This document shows positions 48,491-57,549 of a stretch of DNA of 64,000 bases, one piece after another. The notes beneath the pieces are model-generated. The model was not told the DNA's origin. It was given only the letters and a program-made list of their open reading frames with translations, and ran no database searches. A program made the translations under genes and the position numbers. Position 1 is the stretch's first letter, and each line of letters starts with the position of its first letter. This DNA is from a virus. Taxonomy: Duplodnaviria; Caudoviricetes. The stretch lies in the IMG/VR virus record IMGVR_UViG_2724679462_000002, positions 79,741 through 143,740 of that record. One strand, 5' to 3'.

Positions 48491-49234
48491 ATGAGCGACT
48501 TCCGCAAAGAACGAAAGAAGATTGCATTTGACAACCGCAAGCTGCATCTCTCGACGCCCTGCCCCACGGCCAAGGGCAAGTGGTCGAGCCTGCAGGTCAA
48601 CCTCTTCTCGAACAATCCCCGCATCACGGTCTACACGAACGATCCGGACGACCAGGGCGAATCGAAGCAGTACGGCAAGATCTCCGCGAACCTCGACGCG
48701 CAAGTGTTCATGGTGTTCCTCGGCGCACTGACGAAGATCATCGACGGTCCCGCTGGCCAGGAAGAAAAGGTGAAGATCGAAAACAAGAACTTCATCTTCC
48801 CGGGCGGCAAGCGCAGCGAATCGCCGGTCGTGCAGTCGGAACTGCACTTCGGCAAGGACGCGGAAGGTGTCGTGTGGGTTTCGGTGACCGCGCGTGATCG
48901 GCCCCGCATCAAGTTCCCGTTCGGTAAGAGCGACTTCCACACGCTGTTCCACAAGACCGGCGAGCAGTACAGCAACGGCGAGCAGTCGGCGCTTTTCGCT
49001 CGCGGCTGGATCCGTCTCATGGAAAACATGATGGCGCATTTGCTGGTGACGGAGTGGGTCGAGCCGGAGAAGAAGGACAACGGTGGCGGTAACCGTGGCG
49101 GCGGCGGTGGCTTCAACCGCAACAACAGCGGTGGCGGCAACCGTGGCAATAGCTACGGCGGTGGCGGTGGTGGCAGTGGCGGCGGTGGTGGCGGCGGTTC
49201 GACTGAAGAAGTGTCGGACGACATTCCCTGGTAA
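48491..49234 (+). CDS. chmC: ChmC-like nucleic-acid-binding protein with G/N-rich tail
   Basis: Beta-rich core plus GGGNRGGG low-complexity tail ending DDIPW; located just before the sigma-like nvRNAP subunit. Confidence 0.6.
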   Translation: MSDFRKERKKIAFDNRKLHLSTPCPTAKGKWSSLQVNLFSNNPRITVYTNDPDDQGESKQYGKISANLDAQVFMVFLGALTKIIDGPAGQEEKVKIENKNFIFPGGKRSESPVVQSELHFGKDAEGVVWVSVTARDRPRIKFPFGKSDFHTLFHKTGEQYSNGEQSALFARGWIRLMENMMAHLLVTEWVEPEKKDNGGGNRGGGGGFNRNNSGGGNRGNSYGGGGGGSGGGGGGGSTEEVSDDIPW

Positions 49235-49270
49235 GCGGGTTTAAGGCAGTTGAAATGCTGAGTTAGTTGA

Positions 49271-49308
49271 GGAACCGGTCAGGCTTGTGGGGCTTGACCG
49301 GTTCTTTG
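49271..49308 (+). terminator. Stem-loop terminator
   Basis: GAACCGGTCAGGCT...GGCTTGACCGGTTC followed by TTT. Confidence 0.6.
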
Positions 49309-49356
49309 ACCCCAGACCGCATTGAACGAAGTGTCAACGATATACAACCCCGATAA

Positions 49357-50007
49357 ATGGCATCAAAAAGGGGGCGCGAGATGAATTTGGAAGAAGCTGC
49401 TTTGATTGTGAAATCCGGAGGACTTGACGAGCGTGATACGGCGTCGTGGTTAAGGAAATACCGAGGACACAGATCAAGCGCACGGCAGCGCGGGATGACC
49501 TCTGCACTGACGTTTGATCAGTACGTTAAAAAAGTCGTCGAGGCGCGGATCGTTCAGCCGAGTCAAATCGGCGGAAAGCAAGGCCGCTCTGTACTGGGAA
49601 GAGAAGGTGACGTAGGTCCTTATACGGAACGCAGCTGTCGCTTCATCACTCTGGAGCAAAACGTCGCTGAAGCCAAAGCAAATGGCCGATACGTTGAACG
49701 GAACGAGATTCTCTCTCGGAAGACCTCCGAGAGGATGACGGGGTTGACAAAGGACAACTCAGACCAAGTCCGGCGAATGTCCGAAACGAAAACAGGCCGA
49801 ACAAAGCTTAACGACCCTGCCAGAGCTTCCCAGGCAGACAAGTTAGCGCGGAATTTCGAGCTGATCGACCCGAGCGGCATTCGGCACACCGGTCGGAACG
49901 TGAAGGACTTTTGCATCGCAAACCGCTTGAACGCCTTCGCTATCTACGACGTCTTCGCAGGAAGACGGAAACACCACAGGGGCTGGACCGGTCGTTACAT
50001 CGATTGA
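49357..50007 (+). CDS. Putative free-standing homing endonuclease (HNH-like domain plus NUMOD-type repeats)
   Basis: ARQRGM..LTFDQY...GREGDVGPY...CRFIT..QN pattern; repeats SERMTGLTKDN / SETKTGRTKLN; C-terminal GRRKHHRGW; atypical codons. Confidence 0.55.
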   Translation: MASKRGREMNLEEAALIVKSGGLDERDTASWLRKYRGHRSSARQRGMTSALTFDQYVKKVVEARIVQPSQIGGKQGRSVLGREGDVGPYTERSCRFITLEQNVAEAKANGRYVERNEILSRKTSERMTGLTKDNSDQVRRMSETKTGRTKLNDPARASQADKLARNFELIDPSGIRHTGRNVKDFCIANRLNAFAIYDVFAGRRKHHRGWTGRYID

Positions 50008-50021
50008 GAAATGTTTCGGTG

Positions 50022-50030
50022 ATATATCAC
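50022..50030 (+). promoter_or_regulatory. Phage promoter motif ATATATCAC
   Basis: Exact motif upstream of the sigma-like gene. Confidence 0.65.
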
Positions 50031-50051
50031 CACCCTGACAGCTTGTAGTTA

Positions 50052-51635
50052 ATGTTCCTAAGGAGATCAGTTTTGGAACTGCAAATCAGCAAAATCGGTC
50101 TGGTCGACAACAGTCGGACCGAGGTGACGCTTACGCATCAGGGACAGAGTATTGAATGGAATATTTCCGAATTCAAAAACATAATTAAGGACCTCGAATA
50201 CGACATCTTCGAGCAGATCAACGCGTTCTGGGAACATCTGCCGATGGAGCGGCAGAACGAGATTTTTTCGATCTACCGTCAGATCAAGGAAGTGTTTGGG
50301 ATGTACTACGGCACGAACCAGCTGACCCTTTTTCTGTACGGAATGGTGGCCAAGCTTTACCAGCTGCACGAGCTCGAAGACGTCAAGCACTGGATCGACT
50401 TTCACGCGAACATCTACCACCCGGCGGATCTGAAAGAGCATTTCGTCATGCACGAGATGCCGGGCACGCGTGAAGGCACGTATCTCCGTGAAGACTACGG
50501 CTGGCTTATCGCAATCTCTGTCGCGCTGCGCGTGATTTTCCCGATCTGGGGCGAATTCATCGCGATGGTGAAGGAAGAGTGCGGGACCAATTGGAAAGAG
50601 TTTCACGCGTATCAGTTGCTCTCGCAAACTCGCATGGCGCAATCGGCCCACATGGAGCGACTGCGCACGTACGTGGAATCCATGATTCCGAGCGATCCGA
50701 AGAAGATGGACGTGGCCAATAGCGCGCACATTTTCAAGGGCATCAGTGTCGAAGACTTTCCCGCGTTGATCATGGGTCAGGTGCTTGTTCGCAAGCTCGC
50801 CTTTGGCGACGTGCGCGGTGTCGATCCGAACTCGCATCTGGTGAGCCGGATCTTCAACTTCATCAAGTACAAGACGCGAGGCGGTTCCGATAGCGGTTTC
50901 AGCGGAATCGTGAAGGAAAAGAAAGTCGAGGGCCAGAACCAAGACACCGAAAACCAGCAGTCGAAGTTGGAAAGCTGCAAGGTCAAGCTGCCGGTCGCGG
51001 AAGGCAAGATCGCGCCTATCCGGATGTACGCTCGCGACATGCGTCACATCGCACAGCAGATCGCGCCGGACATGCCGCCGGAGCTTCTGGAGATGTCGCT
51101 CGAGTCCGTGAAGGCGCTCGAGAACGAGATCCACTGTAAGCCGCAGACGCTTCTCGTGATGTTCGCGCTGAAGAGTCGTCGGCAGTTGCAGCCGCGTGGT
51201 ATCCATCACCTGAAGATCTCCTCCAAGCTTCAGGCCATCGCCGCTGCGCAAGCCATTTATTGGCACAAGGGCTATCCCGAGCTCGCCGGCCTCGTGAGTG
51301 CAATCGCACGATCGAACGAGGACGTAATGCACCTGACGAGTACCGATTCGAAAGCGAAAATCCCCTCGCCGATGATCGACCAGCTCTCAGCGCTGTACAA
51401 GCATCCCCGTCGTCAACCCGGTAAGCAGAAAGCCCCGCGACTCCCGACTTCGGCCGAAGTTGCGATCGATCTCATTTCCAAGCAGTTAAGCGAGCACGAC
51501 TGGCGCCTCACGCTGCCCGCCGAGTGGGTTGGACAACTCACTGGCAATCAGCACGACCGCTTCTACGCCGTGCCCGGCAACATCAAAATTAAACTGGCGC
51601 AACTGTCCATTGCGCTGGCATCAAGGAGTTTCTAA
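50052..51635 (+). CDS. nvRNAP promoter-specificity (sigma-like) subunit (phiKZ gp68-like)
   Basis: About 520 aa, helical, at the conserved position in the nvRNAP block; start may be TTG after AAGGAG. Confidence 0.6.
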   Translation: MFLRRSVLELQISKIGLVDNSRTEVTLTHQGQSIEWNISEFKNIIKDLEYDIFEQINAFWEHLPMERQNEIFSIYRQIKEVFGMYYGTNQLTLFLYGMVAKLYQLHELEDVKHWIDFHANIYHPADLKEHFVMHEMPGTREGTYLREDYGWLIAISVALRVIFPIWGEFIAMVKEECGTNWKEFHAYQLLSQTRMAQSAHMERLRTYVESMIPSDPKKMDVANSAHIFKGISVEDFPALIMGQVLVRKLAFGDVRGVDPNSHLVSRIFNFIKYKTRGGSDSGFSGIVKEKKVEGQNQDTENQQSKLESCKVKLPVAEGKIAPIRMYARDMRHIAQQIAPDMPPELLEMSLESVKALENEIHCKPQTLLVMFALKSRRQLQPRGIHHLKISSKLQAIAAAQAIYWHKGYPELAGLVSAIARSNEDVMHLTSTDSKAKIPSPMIDQLSALYKHPRRQPGKQKAPRLPTSAEVAIDLISKQLSEHDWRLTLPAEWVGQLTGNQHDRFYAVPGNIKIKLAQLSIALASRSF

Positions 51636-51637
51636 TA

Positions 51638-53149
51638 ATGAATCAAGCCGCCCGCATGCACGTCAAACGCCTGTTCCTGATGGAAACCGGCACCTATAAC
51701 ACGCAGTATCGTCGGCCCTACGAGACCAACCTTCAGGGACACACGCTCAACCAGCTCAGCGAAGCGCTGGCCGGCACGCAGAAGTACACGCCGTCTCTGC
51801 TGGCAGGTGTAGCGAACCAGGTTATCGCGCCGTCGGCCACCGCGGAACAAGCAGCCGGCATCGTAAATGGCTGGGGCGAGCGCCGCATGCGGTTCATGAT
51901 GGAAGTGGAAAACCGCTACATGGCGGGCGGTACGTCCACCAGCATCATCTTGGGCTACACGAACTATCCCGGCGTGATCTTCCATTCGAATCACATCGAT
52001 CCGAAGATGGAATTCTTCGTGAACTCTGTTGTGACCGTTCGCACGACACTCGAGCACACGCCGTTCGGCAACCAGACCTACACCAACGTCGCAGAGAATG
52101 CGCACGTGCTCGTCGACCCGGCATACATCGACGCTTACACCCCCAACCGGACTCACCGCATGCGTCCGGAGGATGTGTACGCCACGATGTCACTGAACCA
52201 TCTGCAAGGTCTCGGCGATGTGGTCGACTGCCGCACGGTGTTGTCGGGAACGCCGGTCGCGTCGCGTCGTGGCAATAACCTCGCAGCGGACTACGCAGCG
52301 AACTTGCTCGACAACTACAAGAAGGCGACGGTCGATAACGCATTCGGCGTGCAGCAGGAAACGGATGTGCTGGAAACAGCCCGTGGTTACGCGCAGGAAC
52401 AGCCGATCGGTTACAACTCGTTCTTCCAGGCAATGACTAAGTTCCGCGACGGCGTCGTCTCGAACTTCTTCACCTGGAACGATCTGCAGCGTCTTGATCC
52501 GAACGTCGACAACGTGACGGTCGTGGCGGCGCTCGGCCAGACGAACCACGCGGCGCCAGCGCTGGGTGAGGCGCACATCGCGGGGTCGGGCATGTCGCAA
52601 GACTGGGGCGGCTCTGATCGTCTCACGCAAGTGGCGACGATTCTCAGTCAGGCAGTTCCGGCACTGATGATGGAGCTCACGCTCACGCAGCTGGCGTTCA
52701 CGACGACCAACCGTCGGGTCCTGTCCAATTCCATGCCAATGAGCATGCCGATGGATGCTGCAACTTCGCCGGTCAGCACCGCCATCGCCAACGCCGAGGG
52801 CTTCAGCTCGAACGACCTCGGACCTTACTTGCAGCACTTCATTGTGAAGCTCGAACACATGGTCCTGAACGACATCTCGTTCAAGAACGCGGTCGACTTC
52901 CACATCGAAATGCGTGCCGACCTGTTGGGCGAGACGTGGATCAAGCTTGCGCTCGACGGCGGTCCTCCGATCACCTACGTGACGCCGAGCTTCGCGGATG
53001 CCTTGATGGTGCCCGTCATCACGAACAACGAAAACCTGAACCTGCAACTCTCGCGCGACTTCGAGCAGGTGTTCCATCACCTGAACGACCACACCGGCAT
53101 GCCGGGCACGTCAGAAGGACTCGCCACGCCGCAGTTCGGTCTTATCTAA
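51638..53149 (+). CDS. picA: Nuclear protein import factor PicA/Imp1-like (phiKZ gp69-like)
   Basis: 503 aa, directly downstream of the gp68-like gene; call by synteny. Confidence 0.55.
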   Translation: MNQAARMHVKRLFLMETGTYNTQYRRPYETNLQGHTLNQLSEALAGTQKYTPSLLAGVANQVIAPSATAEQAAGIVNGWGERRMRFMMEVENRYMAGGTSTSIILGYTNYPGVIFHSNHIDPKMEFFVNSVVTVRTTLEHTPFGNQTYTNVAENAHVLVDPAYIDAYTPNRTHRMRPEDVYATMSLNHLQGLGDVVDCRTVLSGTPVASRRGNNLAADYAANLLDNYKKATVDNAFGVQQETDVLETARGYAQEQPIGYNSFFQAMTKFRDGVVSNFFTWNDLQRLDPNVDNVTVVAALGQTNHAAPALGEAHIAGSGMSQDWGGSDRLTQVATILSQAVPALMMELTLTQLAFTTTNRRVLSNSMPMSMPMDAATSPVSTAIANAEGFSSNDLGPYLQHFIVKLEHMVLNDISFKNAVDFHIEMRADLLGETWIKLALDGGPPITYVTPSFADALMVPVITNNENLNLQLSRDFEQVFHHLNDHTGMPGTSEGLATPQFGLI

Positions 53150-53185
53150 CAAGGAACGGGTTCGGCAACGGACCCTAGAGAAAAC

Positions 53186-54688
53186 ATGACAACTCCCAAT
53201 CTGATCGAGCTGTACAAGTGGCTCATGCAGACCGCGAACCTGGTCGTCACGAGCGACAACCTGGTTTCCGGAAAGCTCATGAATCAGACGATGCCGGTGC
53301 TGATCAAGGGCAAGCGCCTCGCACTGCCGTCGCCTGAACATCTCGCGAATCCGGACAAGAGCCAGATCGTGCTGTTCCATCCGCTCGCGGAATCGATCAC
53401 GCGTGGCGAATCGGAAGTGCTGGAGAAGTTCCGTTCGATGCTGATGGTGCGCTTCAACCTGGTCGCGGCCGAACTGATGCTCCAGCTCCTTTCGATCGCG
53501 ATCTCGACCGATTTGCACGCGCAACTCGCCCCGGATCAGTCCGAGTTCCTGTCGAAGGTCAAGAACGCCGACGACAAGACCTACGACCTGTTCAAGAAGG
53601 TGCTGGCTGCGATGCCGTCGGATCAGACTGCGCGTCGCATCATCACGATCTTCCTGAAGAAGACCGGTTCGGTCGGTGGAAAGCGCCACAAGCGCGTTGG
53701 TGTCGTGACGTTCCCGCTGTATCAGGAACTGAAGAAGGATGGGAACGACATCTACGGCATCAAGTGTCGGGTGAAGGACAAGGAAACGTTGATCGCGTTG
53801 ATGGAATTCATGTTCCCTCAGATCGACGTGGAAGGATCGTATCACCGCGGCTCGGACTCGGACGTGGCTCCGAACCTGGATGCGCTGATGCAGGCATCGC
53901 TGGCCGTCATCGCACCGCTCAACGATCTCACGAGTACGTTCGAGAACCAGCTCGGCGACGAAACCAATCCGGCGACCGATCTCGCGATCAACTGCGAGTG
54001 GGAACGCACCTTCGACAACCTCGGCGTGATGCTGTCGGAAATCCGTAAGGTTCCGATGCAGGCTGGCAATGAAGGGTCGTCCGGTGAACCGCCGGTTGTG
54101 GCCCAACCTGCAACTACCGCAATGCCCGCGTCGTATCCGCAACCGACGGCACCTGTCGCACCGGCTCCGATCGTGCAAGCGGCGCCGGTTCCGGTCGTGG
54201 TACCTGCACCTGTTGCAGTACCGAGCGCTTCGCCGGTTTCGGGAGCTCGTCAGCCGCTTGACGGGTTCCTTGCGCAACGTGAAGCAGAGCGCGCGATGCA
54301 GCAGCAGCACCAGGAAGCGTGGATGACCGCAACGCACCGCCAGCAACCGCCTGTTCAGCCGCACCGTCAACCGGTCTACCAGCAGCCGACGGTGACGAAC
54401 GGCTATTACCCGCAAGCACCGGCACCGCAGCAACAACCGCCGCATCTCGTGCACACGGGCCGTGGACTGGACTTTAACTCGGTCCTGGCGACAAATCCCT
54501 CGGTCGTGTATGCGACCGGTGGCTATCCGACTCCTCAGCAGCAAGCACCGATGCAGCAGCAAGGTTCGCGCTGGGCAAATCAGCAGAGCCAACCGATGTA
54601 TCCGCAACAGCAACCGATGTATCCGCAGCAGGGGTATCAGCAGCCGCAGGGTGGTTATTACCCGCCCGCGAATGGTCGTTTGGTCTAA
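53186..54688 (+). CDS. Conserved hypothetical protein with long P/Q/Y-rich C-terminal tail (phiKZ gp70-like position)
   Basis: Globular N-terminal region of about 290 aa followed by a low-complexity tail. Confidence 0.7.
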   Translation: MTTPNLIELYKWLMQTANLVVTSDNLVSGKLMNQTMPVLIKGKRLALPSPEHLANPDKSQIVLFHPLAESITRGESEVLEKFRSMLMVRFNLVAAELMLQLLSIAISTDLHAQLAPDQSEFLSKVKNADDKTYDLFKKVLAAMPSDQTARRIITIFLKKTGSVGGKRHKRVGVVTFPLYQELKKDGNDIYGIKCRVKDKETLIALMEFMFPQIDVEGSYHRGSDSDVAPNLDALMQASLAVIAPLNDLTSTFENQLGDETNPATDLAINCEWERTFDNLGVMLSEIRKVPMQAGNEGSSGEPPVVAQPATTAMPASYPQPTAPVAPAPIVQAAPVPVVVPAPVAVPSASPVSGARQPLDGFLAQREAERAMQQQHQEAWMTATHRQQPPVQPHRQPVYQQPTVTNGYYPQAPAPQQQPPHLVHTGRGLDFNSVLATNPSVVYATGGYPTPQQQAPMQQQGSRWANQQSQPMYPQQQPMYPQQGYQQPQGGYYPPANGRLV

Positions 54689-54700
54689 ATCAGGTCTGAC

Positions 54701-54754
54701 GGCATAAGCCGGAGAAGAGAGCTCACGCCCTCTTCTCCGACCCTGTCTTTTTTT
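54701..54754. terminator. Terminator between convergent genes
   Basis: GGCATAA, then CGGAGAAGAG...CTCTTCTCCG stem, then a T run. Confidence 0.65.
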
Positions 54755-54757
54755 GCG

Positions 54758-55126
54758 TTACGACGTCAAGACATTACTGGTCATGTAGGCGGAACGCAGT
54801 TGTTCGAGGACAACGCTTGACGGAATAAGTAGTCGCGTGACGCCGGTGCCGAACTCCGTTGGAGACGAAAAGTTGTTCATCCGCATCGTCACCCAATGAA
54901 ATTGCGGCTGCAGGTTCACCACCTGCAAGAACCCAAAAAGATCCTGATCGTTTTCCCAGGCAGCCTGAGGGCTCACGGACATGAGCTGCGTCGACTGATG
55001 TTGCCGCAGGTACGTCATGTGGTCCTCGAGCACCTGGCGAAAGCCGTCCGTGTAATAGACGGAAGGACCAGGATCAAACATGAGGGCGTTAATGGCGTTG
55101 CCGGATGTGCTGGAAGTTGAGGCCAT
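54758..55126 (-). CDS. Small protein, possible LysM/T4 gp53-like baseplate component
   Basis: LFGFLQ...FHWVTMRMNNFSSP resembles the W.i...N...P motif of tail-X/gp53 proteins. Confidence 0.45.
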   Translation of the reverse strand: MASTSSTSGNAINALMFDPGPSVYYTDGFRQVLEDHMTYLRQHQSTQLMSVSPQAAWENDQDLFGFLQVVNLQPQFHWVTMRMNNFSSPTEFGTGVTRLLIPSSVVLEQLRSAYMTSNVLTS

Positions 55127-55158
55127 TGTTAGAAATCCGTCTCAAAAGAATCACGGTT

Positions 55159-55167
55159 ACATATCAC
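55159..55167 (+). promoter_or_regulatory. Phage promoter motif ACATATCAC
   Basis: Exact motif upstream of the nvRNAP beta gene. Confidence 0.65.
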
Positions 55168-55247
55168 TACTCTGAAGCGGCGCAGCTGCTTTGGTCACAG
55201 TGAAAACACACTGATAACAAATTCAAGCATCTTCACAAGGAATACGC

Positions 55248-57497
55248 ATGATGGACACCGCCAGTCTGACTGCGAGCGTCGCCCCCATGACATCCGCGCT
55301 TCGTCGCTCGGGTGTACTACTGGAAGAACCGAATGAGCTCGACCCGGAGCTCATGAACGTTTGCGGGTTGAATCCCTGGGACGGCCATAACTCGGCAGCC
55401 CGCAAACAAATGTTTTCGTCTCACGTCGGACAGTGCCTCGTGATCAAGGGATCGACCGAACGTCGCTGCCAATCGGGTACGGAACGCGAGTTCGGGAAGT
55501 ACACGTTTTCGGCCAAGGTTCCGGTCGACTGCGAAGTGATCAAGGTGATCGATCGCTACCGCGAAACGTTCGGCCAAGACACTGTGCTCAAGCGCCGTCA
55601 GGACAATCCGCACAGCGTGATCATCTACGAGAACGTCCATACGAAGGAGATCGGCTGCATCAACCTTACGACGCACACGTCGTATCACTCGTACCTCGGG
55701 TTTCGCAACGCGATCAAGCCCGCGCTCTCCGACATTCGCGTCGGTAGTTATCTGAAGGAAGGCACGATCCTCACGGATTCTCCCTCGGTGACGGACACCG
55801 GCGGCTACAAGTACGGACGCGAGTGCAACATCGCGTACATGAGCCATCCGGTCACCTCTGAGGACGGCATCATGATCAGTGCGGAGGTGCTCAAAGAATT
55901 CGGCTTCAAGAAGTACGAGACGCGTGTCGTCGAGTTCGGCAGCAAGGCCTATCCGCTCAATCTCTACGGCGACGAGGGCAATTTCAAGGCGTTCCCTGAC
56001 ATCGGCGAATTCGTTCGCGAGGACGGCGTGCTGATGGCGCTGCGTCCACATGACAAGGATCCGAAGAGCTTCGACCGTGAGCTGGCGATTGTCGAGCAAG
56101 GCACGTACGATCTGATGGAGATCGACCACGTCTTTGACAAGATGATCTACGCAGACGGAGCTGGCGGTCGCGTCATCGACGTTCGTGTTCAGCACGACAC
56201 GCGTGCGAACCACTCGCCGACGCCGATGGGCATGGATGCTCAGGCTGATCGCTACGACCGTGCACGCCGTCAGTTCTACTCGGACATCGTCTACGAATGG
56301 CGACGCCTCGAGCGTGAGCGCAAGGAATCGCTGCGTCTCACCCCAGAGTTCCATCGACTCGTGGTCGAAGCGCTGTTTGTAGTGCAGGAGTCGAAGGAGC
56401 GCATCTACCCGCTTTATCGCAAGGCTCCGCTGGATGACTGGCGCATCGAGTTCACGATCGAGTACGACGTCACGCCGACGATCGGTTTCAAGCTCACCGA
56501 CACGCACGGCGGTAAGGGCGTGATTTGTAACGTCGTGCCGGCCGACCACATGCCCGTCGACGCGGACGGCAACCGCGCTGACATCGTGATGGACCCGAAC
56601 TCGACCGTGTCACGGATGAATCTCGGCCGCAAGTACGAGATCTACATCAACGCGCACTCACGGGATGTGGCCAAGCAGATTCGTGCCTGGTTCGGCATCG
56701 GTGAGAACGACCGTCAAACGCTGTCGAAAGTGCAGGAGATCGAGGCGAGCAACAAGCCGGTGTTCGATCACGCGTGGAACTACTTGATGGGCTACTACGA
56801 AATCGTCGCGCCTGTCATGCACTCGTGGTTCGAAGGCGGTGCGTACCTCAAGACGCGCGCCGAGCACTTGGCCGAAGTGGTTCGCAACGGCATCTACCTG
56901 CATCTGCCGACGAACAATCCCCGTGAGTCGAGCGACATCGTTCGGATGCTCGAAGCCAGCTATCCGTCGACCTACGGACCGGTAACTTACGTCGGCAACT
57001 CCGGCCGCCGCGTAACAACCAAGGTTCCGGTTCGGATTGGCAGCGTGTACATCATCCTGCTGGAAAAGATCGCGGACGATTGGACAGCCGTGTCATCGGG
57101 CAAGACGCAGCATTACGGCGTTCTGTCTCAGGTGACCAATGCCGACAAGTACGCCCTGCCCTACCGTGCGCAGTCGATTCGTGCATGGGGCGAGGCAGAG
57201 AAGCGGATCTTGGCGTCGTATGTTGGCCCGCGTGCGTCGGCGGAAGTCATGGACCGCAACAACAACCCGCAAACGCACGAGATGGTCTGCAACGCGATCC
57301 TCGACGCAGAGGAACCGACCAACATGTACAACGCAGTCGATCGTTCGGTCATTCCGTACGGCAACTCGCGTCCCCTGCAATTGGTCAAGCACATCCTCGC
57401 ATGTGCAGGCGTCCAGTTCGTCTACCGACCCTACTCGCCCTCCTGGAAAGGGCGCAGTGGAAACATGGCACAACAGCAAGCAGCACTCACTCATTGA
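55248..57497 (+). CDS. rpoB: Non-virion RNA polymerase beta C-terminal subunit (phiKZ gp71-73-like, uninterrupted)
   Basis: NSAARKQMFSSH, SEDGIMIS, GFKLTDTHGGKGVI, DIVMDPNSTVSRMNLG and RAWGEAE. Confidence 0.9.
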   Translation: MMDTASLTASVAPMTSALRRSGVLLEEPNELDPELMNVCGLNPWDGHNSAARKQMFSSHVGQCLVIKGSTERRCQSGTEREFGKYTFSAKVPVDCEVIKVIDRYRETFGQDTVLKRRQDNPHSVIIYENVHTKEIGCINLTTHTSYHSYLGFRNAIKPALSDIRVGSYLKEGTILTDSPSVTDTGGYKYGRECNIAYMSHPVTSEDGIMISAEVLKEFGFKKYETRVVEFGSKAYPLNLYGDEGNFKAFPDIGEFVREDGVLMALRPHDKDPKSFDRELAIVEQGTYDLMEIDHVFDKMIYADGAGGRVIDVRVQHDTRANHSPTPMGMDAQADRYDRARRQFYSDIVYEWRRLERERKESLRLTPEFHRLVVEALFVVQESKERIYPLYRKAPLDDWRIEFTIEYDVTPTIGFKLTDTHGGKGVICNVVPADHMPVDADGNRADIVMDPNSTVSRMNLGRKYEIYINAHSRDVAKQIRAWFGIGENDRQTLSKVQEIEASNKPVFDHAWNYLMGYYEIVAPVMHSWFEGGAYLKTRAEHLAEVVRNGIYLHLPTNNPRESSDIVRMLEASYPSTYGPVTYVGNSGRRVTTKVPVRIGSVYIILLEKIADDWTAVSSGKTQHYGVLSQVTNADKYALPYRAQSIRAWGEAEKRILASYVGPRASAEVMDRNNNPQTHEMVCNAILDAEEPTNMYNAVDRSVIPYGNSRPLQLVKHILACAGVQFVYRPYSPSWKGRSGNMAQQQAALTH

Positions 57498-57549
57498 AGA
57501 TCGACGTCCGGCCAGCTCATCGGCCAGGACGGCTTAACAAGGAAGACAA

